From NCBI GenBank assembly GCA_035552155.1, contig DASZLX010000035.1:65381-129380 (forward strand): a stretch of 64,000 nt of DNA. Reading direction: 5' to 3'. The stretch comes from Verrucomicrobiia bacterium (GTDB lineage Bacteria > Verrucomicrobiota > Verrucomicrobiia > Limisphaerales > DASXHY01). Below are positions 27,941-36,851 of the stretch, piece by piece (the stretch's first letter is position 1; every line of letters starts with the position of its first letter). The translations under genes and the position numbers were made by a program. Below the pieces are notes generated by a model. It ran no database searches and was not told the DNA's origin. It saw only the letters and a program-made list of their open reading frames with translations.

Positions 27941-28402
27941 TCACGGCTGGTCGGGAATTTCCACCTCGACTAATTTTCCTAATAACACCAGCGATTCCTG
28001 CCATCCCAAATAACACGCCTCCGCCGGAATGGCTGCCGGAATTCCCTCCTGCGTCACGTTCAACTCCGTCCCGCAAAAAACCTGCCGCAACGTAATCGTC
28101 GTCTGCATCTCGCCGGGAGGGCCGGACGGGTCGAATTGATTCGTGTAACGGATAAGCTCGTTCGGCTTGAGTTCGAGATACTTTCCGCCAAACGAATGGC
28201 CCTTGCCCGTGGTGAAATTGGTGAAGGTCATTTTATAGCCGCCGCCCACTTTCGCATCCATCTGATGCACTGTGCCGGTGAATCCATTCGGCGGAAGCCA
28301 TTTGGCCATCGCGCCGGCGTCCAGGAACGCGCGATAAACCCGCTCCGGCGTCGCTCGAAGCACCCGGTGAAGTCGAACCGCATTGGTATTGTTGGTTGCC
28401 AT
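27941..28402 (-). CDS. SRPBCC (Aha1/AHSA1-like) domain protein
   Basis: 153 aa. TPERVYRAFLDAGAMAKWLPP..GWQESLVLLGKLVE. Confidence 0.85.
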   Translation of the reverse strand: MATNNTNAVRLHRVLRATPERVYRAFLDAGAMAKWLPPNGFTGTVHQMDAKVGGGYKMTFTNFTTGKGHSFGGKYLELKPNELIRYTNQFDPSGPPGEMQTTITLRQVFCGTELNVTQEGIPAAIPAEACYLGWQESLVLLGKLVEVEIPDQP

Positions 28403-28625
28403 AAATTTCTTTGTTTTGCCGTTTTCAATATTACGACGAATGACACCCGCGCCTCAGGACAATTTTTTCAAATTAAATAAATAAAGATCCAGCGGTAGTG
28501 TTTGTCCCCGTTGCCTGATACGCCGAGGGATTGGATGTTCCCTCTGAGGCAAATTGATTTGTATGAGTATTGTCAGGGCCAAACCGATTTCTCGAAACCG
28601 TAGAATCCAGCTGTCCGGAGGGGCG

Positions 28626-29267
28626 ATGCGGTGCCGGCGCAAGTTCCTTCGATTCTTCCCTCACGGATTTTACGACCAAAAATATGACGCCTGGGAACGT
28701 GGCTACAAATGGGAAGCGCATCAGGGATGGAACGAGGTTTTAAACCAAAAAGAATATCAATCCCTCCTGCGACGCAAACAATTTACGGAAATCGCGGGTC
28801 GCGCGGTCCGTTTGGAATCGCGCACCAATCTTTTGTTCTCGTTCGAGAAAATGGCGTTGCGGGACGCGGTGAAATCTCCGGTCGGAGCGCGATTGTTTGC
28901 CACGGAATTATACCAGTTCATTTACGGCACCCGAGCGCCCGCGGCGCAATTTCGGCGGTGGATCGCCGCCGTGGAGCAACTGCCGCGCAAACAAACGCGC
29001 GTATTAACGTGGCCGCTTGTGACCGTGTTTGGCTTTATCGCGCAACCCGACAAACATATTTTTCTCAAACCGAACGTCACCCGCGCCGCGGCTGCGGAGT
29101 ACGAATTCGATTTCAATTATCAATCACGTCCGGATTGGGAAGTCTATCAAAGCCTGCTGGATTTCGCGCGGAAAGTCCGCCGGGACACGGCGGATTTGCG
29201 CCCCCGCGACCTGATAGATATCCAATCATTCCTCTGGGTGCTCGGGTCGTCGGAGTACGAGGATTGA
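28626..29267 (+). CDS. hypothetical protein
   Basis: 213-aa ORF from the ATG at 28626 with coding-like composition. No family recognised. Confidence 0.6.
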   Translation: MRCRRKFLRFFPHGFYDQKYDAWERGYKWEAHQGWNEVLNQKEYQSLLRRKQFTEIAGRAVRLESRTNLLFSFEKMALRDAVKSPVGARLFATELYQFIYGTRAPAAQFRRWIAAVEQLPRKQTRVLTWPLVTVFGFIAQPDKHIFLKPNVTRAAAAEYEFDFNYQSRPDWEVYQSLLDFARKVRRDTADLRPRDLIDIQSFLWVLGSSEYED

Positions 29268-29357
29268 TTCCCGGTCCGGCCGCAATCGAGAAGCCTGTAA
29301 CACGACTGCTCCTTTAGTGTAGTTGCAGGGTGGAGGAGAACGTGTTCTATTCAGCAC

Positions 29358-29813
29358 ATGCCAAATCCGTATCCAACCATCATTCCCGGACTCCGTAGCC
29401 CCTTCGAGCAGGTCAAGGGCATCGTTTATTTCGGGCGCATGCTGGACAAAATCCGCCTCTTCGCCTCCGGAAAATTACCCGAGGGCTGGCACGCGGCGCG
29501 GGGCAGCGAAATGAAAACCAGTTTTGATGCGCGTTGCTGCCGATTTCTCGGCATTGACTACTCCGCGCTCGAAAAGGAGACCCTCAAGGGCGGCAGCGAC
29601 GAAGAGCTGCTCGCGTGGGCTTTTCGAAATGGCCGCCAGCCGAGCGAAGAGGAAATCGAAATCTGGAACGCATTCATGGCCAAGCGTGGCTGGCGCGACG
29701 CCGGCACGCAGCGTCTGAATGAGCGCCTCGCGGAAATCGGCCTGCCGTCTGGCACGGTATCGACCATGTTTGAATTCATCGACCTCGACGAAGGCCGCCC
29801 ACCCAGGCAATAA
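29358..29813 (+). CDS. DUF5069 domain-containing protein
   Basis: GLRSPFEQVKGIVYFGRMLDKIRL matches DUF5069-type proteins from memory. Confidence 0.7.
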   Translation: MPNPYPTIIPGLRSPFEQVKGIVYFGRMLDKIRLFASGKLPEGWHAARGSEMKTSFDARCCRFLGIDYSALEKETLKGGSDEELLAWAFRNGRQPSEEEIEIWNAFMAKRGWRDAGTQRLNERLAEIGLPSGTVSTMFEFIDLDEGRPPRQ

Positions 29814-29919
29814 CGCGGATTTGGAATCGCTTTTCGGCACGCGCGCCTCGCTTAGCCGGCTCGCCACAAGCCTGCTTTGAATTGACTTTTGGGGAGCATT
29901 TCATAGCATGATTTAACTC

Positions 29920-31026
29920 GTGGAGCTGTCGCAGACCCAAATTAAAACGTCCCGCCCCGCGCCATCCGACGCCGCCCCAAGCGCGCTGAAAAACGGAAAA
30001 TATTGCCATCTGGCATTCTGTTTCCTGCCGCTCTTGGTATTCGTCCTTCTCGTGCTGGGTCTCCGCGCCGGCGGTTATTGGCTCTTGCTGCCCATTGTGT
30101 TCCTGATGGTCTTGATGCCGTTGTTGGATTTGGTCACCGGCTGGCACGACACCGCCCATTTTGACACCCACGATTTCAACCGGCTGCAAATCTCTTTGCT
30201 CAACTGGAACACGCGTTTCTTTGCGCTATTGCACATGGGATTTGTGATTTACCTCGCCATGTCCATCCGCCGTTTCAACCCTCTGGAAATTGGTTTGTTG
30301 GTGGCATGTCTGAGCCTGTTCGGCGGAATCGCCTTTTCGGCGGCGCACGAATTAGTGCATGGCAAGCAGCGGATCGACCAGGTTCTGCAGAAAATTCTAA
30401 CTTCGTTTTTGTTCTACCCCCATTACAAGCTCATTCATATTCGCAGCCATCACGTCCACACCAGCACCGATTACGATGAAAACACGGCTTGGTTGAATGA
30501 GACGATTTATTCCTACATCGGGCGCACGATTCCCGGCAGCGCGGTCCGCTGCTGGCAGATGGAGAACAAATACGCCAAACAGCAAGGCGTCGGCATTTTT
30601 CAAAACAAGATGTATTTGTTTGCCACCGGGCAATTGGTGGTGTTGACGGTAATGTTCTTGTTGTCCGGCTGGCGCGGGCTTCTGTTCTACCTCGCTCAAA
30701 TCATCGGGTCGCACATTGTGTTGGAATCGGTCAATTACATCCAGCACTACGGCCTGCTGCGCGAGCAATGCGACGGCGAATACGAAAAAACCGCCGCCGA
30801 ACATTCCTGGGACACCTACCATTATTTTTCCAGCTACATGACCTTCCGGGTCGGGCACCATTCCTATCATCATATCGCGGTCAAACCCTATTACCTGCTG
30901 GGCACGGAAACCGAGGCGCCCAAATTGCCGGTGGGTTATTTCTGGGCGATACCCATGGTGTTCCTGCCGCCCTGGTGGCGCGGCGTGATCAATCCGAGAT
31001 TGAAGGCAGGCCCGGTTCCTGCCTGA
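29920..31026 (+). CDS. integral-membrane di-iron hydroxylase/desaturase (alkane 1-monooxygenase AlkB-like)
   Basis: Histidine boxes AAHELVHGK, IRSHHVHTS, NYIQHYGL and HHSYHH, with several TM segments. GTG start. Confidence 0.78.
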   Translation: MELSQTQIKTSRPAPSDAAPSALKNGKYCHLAFCFLPLLVFVLLVLGLRAGGYWLLLPIVFLMVLMPLLDLVTGWHDTAHFDTHDFNRLQISLLNWNTRFFALLHMGFVIYLAMSIRRFNPLEIGLLVACLSLFGGIAFSAAHELVHGKQRIDQVLQKILTSFLFYPHYKLIHIRSHHVHTSTDYDENTAWLNETIYSYIGRTIPGSAVRCWQMENKYAKQQGVGIFQNKMYLFATGQLVVLTVMFLLSGWRGLLFYLAQIIGSHIVLESVNYIQHYGLLREQCDGEYEKTAAEHSWDTYHYFSSYMTFRVGHHSYHHIAVKPYYLLGTETEAPKLPVGYFWAIPMVFLPPWWRGVINPRLKAGPVPA

Positions 31027-31188
31027 AAAAAGCTGGCGAGCGCTGGGCCCTTGCCTCGCAATTACTTTTTCCAGACACCGCCGCACCAATTTCCCGCTTG
31101 TTGAATTTCTGCCTAACCCGCAAGCCGATTCCACGCAGTAAGGTTAATTGGCGTGCTATTGCCCCGCAGTCTGTTATTCTTATGAGCT

Positions 31189-32499
31189 ATGTCATTTCGA
31201 ATTTTAGGGCTTGATGCCAAAATTTTGCAGGCGGTCCAGGAAGCCGGTTACACCGAACCGACGCCCATTCAAACCGCCGCCATTCCGCCCATTATTGCCG
31301 GGCACGACCTCATCGGCATCGCGCAGACGGGCACCGGCAAAACGGCCGCGTTCACGCTGCCGATTCTCACCAGGCTCGCGGCGCAACCCCCGGCCCAGCT
31401 TCGCGGCTCGCGTGTGCTCATCATCGCGCCCACCCGCGAACTCGTCGTGCAAATCGAGGAGAACGTGAAAGCTTACGCCAAACATCTGCCCCTGACCGTC
31501 GCCACTGTGTTCGGCGGCGTGGGCGAGCATCCGCAAATTCGCGCACTGCGCGCGGGGACCAATGTCATCATCGCCTGCCCCGGCCGGTTGTTGGATTTGA
31601 TGGGGCAACGGTGCGCGGACTTCTCTCAATTGCAATTTCTCGTGCTCGACGAAGCGGACCGGATGCTCGACATGGGTTTCCTGCCTTCGATAAAACGCAT
31701 CGTGCAGCAATTACCAAAGCAACGCCAAACGCTGATGTTCTCCGCGACACTCTCGCGGGAAATAGAATCGCTCACGCACGAATTCCAACGCGCGCCCAAA
31801 GTCGTCCAAATCGGCCGCCGCGCCAACCCGGCCGAGACGGTTACCCAGCTCGTCTATGAAGTGCCGAAGCATTTAAAAACCTCCTTGCTCCTGCATCTGC
31901 TGCGCGATCCGCGGATGAACATGACCCTCGTATTCTCGCGCATGAAACACAGCGCCGATCGCCTCGCGCGGCAATTGGAGCAAAAAGGTATCCGCACCGC
32001 CACGCTTCACTCGAATCGATCACAAAACCAGCGGCTCAAGGCGCTCAAGGATTTCAAATCCGGCGCGGTGCGCGTGCTGGTGGCCACGGATATTGCGGCC
32101 CGGGGAATTGACGTGGACGGCATTTCTCACGTGGTAAACTACGATTTTCCCATGCACATGGAGGATTACGTGCATCGCATTGGCCGCACCGGCCGCGCTC
32201 ATGCCGTGGGTGACGCCATCAGTTTCGTGACACCGGAAGACCATGCGGAGTTGCGCGCCGTAGAGCGCTTTATCGGCCGCGGCATCATCCGGAAAAAAGC
32301 GGAAGGATTTAATTATTCGATGCCCGCACCCGCACAAAATCCGGCTGCCCATCAACAACGTCCCCAACAAAACAACCCTGGCGAAACAAATCGCCAGGGT
32401 CAATTCCCCCGCTCCGGGAACTCCGGCCCACGCGGCAATGGCCGCCATGAAGGCGAAGCGCAACGGGAGGGGTCTCACCGTCGCCGTTGGCGCCGGTAA
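31189..32499 (+). CDS. DEAD-box ATP-dependent RNA helicase (RhlE-like)
   Basis: Motifs AQTGTGKT, DEAD (VLDEADRM), SAT and HRIGRTGR. Basic Gly/Arg-rich C-terminal tail. Confidence 0.95.
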   Translation: MSFRILGLDAKILQAVQEAGYTEPTPIQTAAIPPIIAGHDLIGIAQTGTGKTAAFTLPILTRLAAQPPAQLRGSRVLIIAPTRELVVQIEENVKAYAKHLPLTVATVFGGVGEHPQIRALRAGTNVIIACPGRLLDLMGQRCADFSQLQFLVLDEADRMLDMGFLPSIKRIVQQLPKQRQTLMFSATLSREIESLTHEFQRAPKVVQIGRRANPAETVTQLVYEVPKHLKTSLLLHLLRDPRMNMTLVFSRMKHSADRLARQLEQKGIRTATLHSNRSQNQRLKALKDFKSGAVRVLVATDIAARGIDVDGISHVVNYDFPMHMEDYVHRIGRTGRAHAVGDAISFVTPEDHAELRAVERFIGRGIIRKKAEGFNYSMPAPAQNPAAHQQRPQQNNPGETNRQGQFPRSGNSGPRGNGRHEGEAQREGSHRRRWRR

Positions 32500-32504
32500 A
32501 TGTT

Positions 32505-32906
32505 TTATTCGTTCAGGGATTTTTCGTCGTACTCCCAGGCGCGGCGAATCGCTTCACGATCCGTATCCCAACTCGCGTCGGGATTGGCGGTCGTCCAATC
32601 TTCCTTCAGACGGTTCTCCACGTCTGGATTCCATTTGGAATATTGGCTGCGATAATGGGAGCGCGCGCCATATCCAAAACGATAAGCCGGTTCCACGTCT
32701 TCGTAATTCGGTTCGCGCCGCGGCGGTATGGGCTGCTTGCCGGCGGCCTGTTTGACCGTGTCGTTCACGTTCTGATTGGTATCGGGCTCATTGCCGCCAA
32801 AGTCGTGCTTGGTTTGGTCCCAGTCGCGCTTAAAGGCCTCTTTGGTACGGTCCCACGCTGAGTCGTTTTCCTTGGTCCACCAGGTTGGATTCTTGTATTG
32901 CTTCAT
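32505..32906 (-). CDS. hypothetical hydrophilic Trp/Asp-rich protein
   Basis: 133 aa from the ATG at 32906. Internally repeated W-D-x-T-K/R-E-A-F/I-K/R-R-x-W motifs. No family recognised. Confidence 0.6.
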   Translation of the reverse strand: MKQYKNPTWWTKENDSAWDRTKEAFKRDWDQTKHDFGGNEPDTNQNVNDTVKQAAGKQPIPPRREPNYEDVEPAYRFGYGARSHYRSQYSKWNPDVENRLKEDWTTANPDASWDTDREAIRRAWEYDEKSLNE

Positions 32907-33007
32907 ATCGTTGTTGTGTTTGGTGTGTTCCTTTTGGGTACCATCGCGCCTGGTAAGCGAATTTCCTAGTGGGGGAACTCCCGCATCGCTCGGCAAGAAA
33001 GCGAGCA

Positions 33008-33035
33008 TAAGAAAAGGCGGCCTGTCACGGCTGCC
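33008..33035 (-). terminator. possible intrinsic terminator
   Basis: On the minus strand GGCAGCC-gtgaca-GGCCGCC (6 of 7 pairs) is followed by TTTTCTTA, downstream of the 72-aa ORF. Confidence 0.35.
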
Positions 33036-33056
33036 AGTGAAATCGATCCAACGGAA

Positions 33057-33275
33057 TTATTCTTCTTCTGGCAACGCCTCAATCTTCGGCTTCAGCAGCC
33101 GGCATTCCTTCAATAACCGACAGAAATCTTTCTTGCTGGTGTGGCGGTGTTCGCCTTCGCCGGAGGCGAGGTTTTTAACGACCTTGTAGGCAACTCGAAG
33201 CCGTTCGAGATGGACGATGCGGATGAATTCGTTGCCGTGTTTCCAGACCTGCCCTTGTTGCAGTTTCAGCGCCAT
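33057..33275 (-). CDS. hypothetical small protein (72 aa)
   Basis: ATG-initiated ORF MALKLQQGQVWKHGNEFIRIVHLERLRVAYK. No family recognised. Confidence 0.5.
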   Translation of the reverse strand: MALKLQQGQVWKHGNEFIRIVHLERLRVAYKVVKNLASGEGEHRHTSKKDFCRLLKECRLLKPKIEALPEEE

Positions 33276-33328
33276 GTCGTTTGCGAAAAACCGTCTCTCC
33301 GGATTTGAACCCCGGAGAGACGATGGAA

Positions 33329-33454
33329 TTATTTCTTCTTGCCGGCCGCCTGCTTGCTGGCGACGGCCGCTTTTTTACTGGCGGCAGCGCTGTTGGACTT
33401 GGATTGCTTTTGACCGGACTTCTTCTGGTTCGCTTTCGGGGATTTATCGCCCAT
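33329..33454 (-). CDS. possible Lys-rich small protein (41 aa)
   Basis: Hand translation gives MGDKSPKANQKKSGQKQSKSNSAAASKKAAVASKQAAGKKK. Below the ORF-track cutoff, low complexity, no homology evidence. Confidence 0.3.
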   Translation of the reverse strand: MGDKSPKANQKKSGQKQSKSNSAAASKKAAVASKQAAGKKK

Positions 33455-33640
33455 GATGTTTTACTTTCGTTTGACCGCGGTTGACCTGCCCGCGGAATGG
33501 AAGTTTCCCCGAAGGCACTGCCATCTTGCTCGCTTACACCTCAATTGTAAACAGCAGTCATCAGCACAGGCAGGGTTGACGCATCTGATTTCCAAAAACT
33601 CCAGGGCCGCGAAATCGCAGGTACAAAAATCGAACTGGGC

Positions 33641-34765
33641 TTGTTTCCCGCCATCAAAACACACAATATTGGCTTGGCGTTAATTCTCCAAAAATTGAAC
33701 CTCCCGCAAACAACTGCCTCCAGACCGGCTCGCAACGCACCCGCCCCAGGCCAAAGCGAAAATATTCTGTTGATCCGTTTCAAATCGATTGGCGACGTCC
33801 TTTTTACGCTGCCGGCAGTTCACCTTATCCGGGAAAATTTCCCGAATGCGAAAATCACTTTTCTGACCTCCAAGGAAAACGTGCCGTTGATTTCTGGTTT
33901 TCGCGAGCTGGATGAAGTGCGCTGCATTGACCGCTCCGTTTATCATCGCGGAAACCCGGTGGCAATTTTGCGACACTCGATTTCTCTCTGGCGCTGGCTG
34001 CGCCGGAGTAAGTTTTCTTTGACCGTGGATTTTCAAGGCTACGGTGAAACCGCATTCATTGCGTGGCTCAGCGGCTCGCCGCAACGGTGGGGCAGCGTCT
34101 ATCGGGCCGGGCGCGGCTGGGCCTATACTCGCCCGGTCCAGCGCGATGATCAGGCTCATCCCGCTGACTGGAATCTTTCGCTCCTGCGGCAATGCGGATT
34201 GAGCGGCGGGCCCATTCACAATGAATTTGTCGTGCCCGACGCCGCCCTCGGCGAAGCGCGGCAATTTTTCGCCACTCACGGCCTGGACCCTGCCAAACCC
34301 ACACTGTTCATCCAGCCCTTTACGAGCACGCCGAGAAAATGCTGGCCACTCGAAAACTTCCTGACGCTGGCCCGCCATTTCAAAGAGCGCGGGGTGCAAA
34401 TCCTCTTTGGCGGTGGACCAGCGGACCTCGTTGCGCTCGCGCCCGCTCAACAGGAAGGCTTTCCCGTTTCCGCCGGCGTTCCCCTGCTCGTCACTGCGGG
34501 CCTGATGAAACTTTCCACGATGATTCTGGGCGGCGACACCGGCTTGCTGCACCTCGCCGTGGCGATGAACAAAAGAGTCATCATGCTCATGTCTTCATCT
34601 GTGCACACCCGATGTCATCCGTTCCAACATGCCGATTGGATACTTACTCCGCCGCCTGCCGGCACCATATCCCACATCACGACCGGCGTCGTCATCGCCG
34701 CCTGCTCGCATGCATTCGCCGAATTGCATCCGGGCGCACCGATTTGCTCGTCGCCAGTGTCATGA
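33641..34765 (+). CDS. glycosyltransferase family 9 (heptosyltransferase-like)
   Basis: ILLIRFKSIGDVLFTLPAV near the N-terminus and GGDTGLLHLAVAM near the C-terminus. No ATG start; TTG at 33641 or 33695 is possible. Confidence 0.82.
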   Translation: MFPAIKTHNIGLALILQKLNLPQTTASRPARNAPAPGQSENILLIRFKSIGDVLFTLPAVHLIRENFPNAKITFLTSKENVPLISGFRELDEVRCIDRSVYHRGNPVAILRHSISLWRWLRRSKFSLTVDFQGYGETAFIAWLSGSPQRWGSVYRAGRGWAYTRPVQRDDQAHPADWNLSLLRQCGLSGGPIHNEFVVPDAALGEARQFFATHGLDPAKPTLFIQPFTSTPRKCWPLENFLTLARHFKERGVQILFGGGPADLVALAPAQQEGFPVSAGVPLLVTAGLMKLSTMILGGDTGLLHLAVAMNKRVIMLMSSSVHTRCHPFQHADWILTPPPAGTISHITTGVVIAACSHAFAELHPGAPICSSPVS

Positions 34766-35218
34766 TTGCTTCTTCGCCGGCCCGCCCGCGATGACAGCAT
34801 CAATCGACGCCTTCCCGCCGCCGTAAATCAACACGATCAGCGCCACACCAATGGCGAGAATATGATACTCAAACCCCTCGCCCTTTTGGTTCCCAAACCA
34901 GTTCATGAAAAAACCGTTGTGCGCGTGGACCGTGGCCACCGCCACCGCCATCTCCACCGCGATGCCAAAGGCGGCCACGCGGCTCAGGAAGCCGGTGATC
35001 AATCCCAGCGATCCCAGGAATTCCGCCGCAATCGCCAGCACGGCAAACGCGGCGGGAATGTGCATCTGCTGCGTGAAAAAGTTCATCGTGCCGCTGAAGC
35101 CGTAACCGCCGAACCAGCCGAGAACCTTTTGCGCACCGTGCGGAAACATGACGACACCGAGTATCAATCGCGCCAGCGTGGGCGCGAAACTGTTGTTGGT
35201 CTTAAACAGGAATTTCAT
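34760..35218 (-). CDS. DoxX family membrane protein
   Basis: 152 aa with 4 hydrophobic segments. RLILGVVMFPHGAQKVLGWFGG is typical of DoxX. Confidence 0.85.
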   Translation of the reverse strand: MKFLFKTNNSFAPTLARLILGVVMFPHGAQKVLGWFGGYGFSGTMNFFTQQMHIPAAFAVLAIAAEFLGSLGLITGFLSRVAAFGIAVEMAVAVATVHAHNGFFMNWFGNQKGEGFEYHILAIGVALIVLIYGGGKASIDAVIAGGPAKKQS

Positions 35219-35250
35219 AATGTGTTTTAAATAAGTTTGTTCGTGAAACT

Positions 35251-36003
35251 TCAGGCTGCATAACCGCCATCGATAAGCAATCCCGCGCCGGTGATGTAAC
35301 TGGCTTCGGGACCGGCAAGATAAGCCACCAGGCCCGCAATTTCTTCGGAGCGGCCGTAGCGTCCCAGAGCGAGGTCAGGCAGCGTCGCACGGCCCCATTC
35401 GCTATCCGCGGGATTCATGTCCGTGTCCACTGGTCCCGGCTGGACATTATTCACAGTGATTTTGCGCGGTCCCAAATCACGGGCGAGACCGCGAGTCAAG
35501 CCCGCCACCGCCCCCTTCGTCATCGCGTAAACACTGCCGCCCACGAACGGCACGCGGTCGGAATTCACGCTGCCAATATTGATGATACGCCCGCCGTCCC
35601 GCATGTGCCGCACCGTCTCCTGTGTCGCCACGAACAATCCGCGGACATTGACCGCGAATAATTTTTCGAAGTCCTCCATCGGGAATTTATCTACCGCCCC
35701 CATCACCGCCAAGCCGGCATTGTTCACCAGGATGTCTATGCCGCCGAATTTCTCGACTGTCTTCGACACCGCCGCGCGAACAGCCTCCGTGTTTGCCGCG
35801 TCCGCCTTGAGGGCCAGAGCCTTCCCGCCCGCGCCTTCAATGGCGCGCACAACTTCATCCGCCTTATCGGGCGACGAACTGTAAGTGAGCGCGACCGCCG
35901 CGCCATCGGCCGCCAGACGTTTTGCGATGGCGGCGCCGATACTCCGCGAACCGCCTGTCACGAGAGCAACTTTGCCCGAGAGTTTTTGACTATTTGTGTT
36001 CAT
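35251..36003 (-). CDS. SDR family oxidoreductase
   Basis: TGGSRSIGAAIA cofactor motif, NNAG, and catalytic YAMTKGAV (YxxxK). Start at MNTNSQKLSGKVALV. Confidence 0.93.
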   Translation of the reverse strand: MNTNSQKLSGKVALVTGGSRSIGAAIAKRLAADGAAVALTYSSSPDKADEVVRAIEGAGGKALALKADAANTEAVRAAVSKTVEKFGGIDILVNNAGLAVMGAVDKFPMEDFEKLFAVNVRGLFVATQETVRHMRDGGRIINIGSVNSDRVPFVGGSVYAMTKGAVAGLTRGLARDLGPRKITVNNVQPGPVDTDMNPADSEWGRATLPDLALGRYGRSEEIAGLVAYLAGPEASYITGAGLLIDGGYAA

Positions 36004-36063
36004 GATTTTATTTGGTTGGAGTTTAAAGAATCGCACGGGCGCGAACGCCCGTGCCACTATCCG

Positions 36064-36765
36064 TCAGTTCAAGTCGAACAAGAGCACCTGCGACGGTTTG
36101 GTCGCGCTGAGTTCAAGGCTGCCCTGCTCATCGATTGCCGCGGCGTCGCCGCCGGACAATTTTTTGCCGTTGAGCGAAACCTCGCCCTCGGCCACGTGCA
36201 GCCATGCATGGCGCCCGGGAGCGACCGTATGCGTCACGCGATTGCCCTCGCCCAATTTGCCGAGCCAGAGGTCGGCGTCCTGGTTGATGGCAATGGAACC
36301 ATCCCGGCCCGTCTTGCTCGTGATCAGGTTCAACCGGCCTTCCGGCGCATCCTTCATGGATTTCTCCGCATAACTTGGCGTCGCGCCCCGGCGATCCGGC
36401 TGGATCCAGATTTGCAGCAGGTGCACGGCTTCCTCGCTGGAAGGATTGAATTCGCTGTGCTGCACACCCGTCCCCGCGGCCATGTATTGCACCTCGCCGG
36501 GCCGGATGATGCGTCCATTGCCCATCGAATCCTTGTGCTCCAGCGACCCGCTGAGCACGTAGGTGATGATTTCCATGTCGCGATGCGGATGCGTGCCGAA
36601 GCCCATCCCTGGCATCACGAGATCGTCGTTGATCACGCGCAGGCTGCGATAACCCATCCATTCCGGGTCGTGATAGTTCGCGAAACTGAACGTGTGATAA
36701 GAATCGAGCCAGCCATGATTGGCGTGGCCCCTTTCATTTGCTTTCCGAATTGTCGTTGTTTTCAT
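36064..36765 (-). CDS. pirin family protein
   Basis: RGHANHGWLDSYHTFSFANY and HPHRDMEIITYVL cupin motifs. Start at MKTTTIRKA. Confidence 0.93.
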   Translation of the reverse strand: MKTTTIRKANERGHANHGWLDSYHTFSFANYHDPEWMGYRSLRVINDDLVMPGMGFGTHPHRDMEIITYVLSGSLEHKDSMGNGRIIRPGEVQYMAAGTGVQHSEFNPSSEEAVHLLQIWIQPDRRGATPSYAEKSMKDAPEGRLNLITSKTGRDGSIAINQDADLWLGKLGEGNRVTHTVAPGRHAWLHVAEGEVSLNGKKLSGGDAAAIDEQGSLELSATKPSQVLLFDLN

Positions 36766-36822
36766 GCTCCTTAGATACGCCCCGGACAGCCTTCCGTGAA
36801 ATATCATGTTTCTTGCCTGAGC

Positions 36823-36837
36823 ATAACTATCAGTTAT
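36823..36837. promoter_or_regulatory. LysR-type T-N11-A box
   Basis: ATAACT-ATC-AGTTAT dyad containing T-N11-A, in the 86-bp divergent region between the pirin and LysR genes. Confidence 0.55.
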
Positions 36838-36851
36838 AGTCGGCGGCACAC

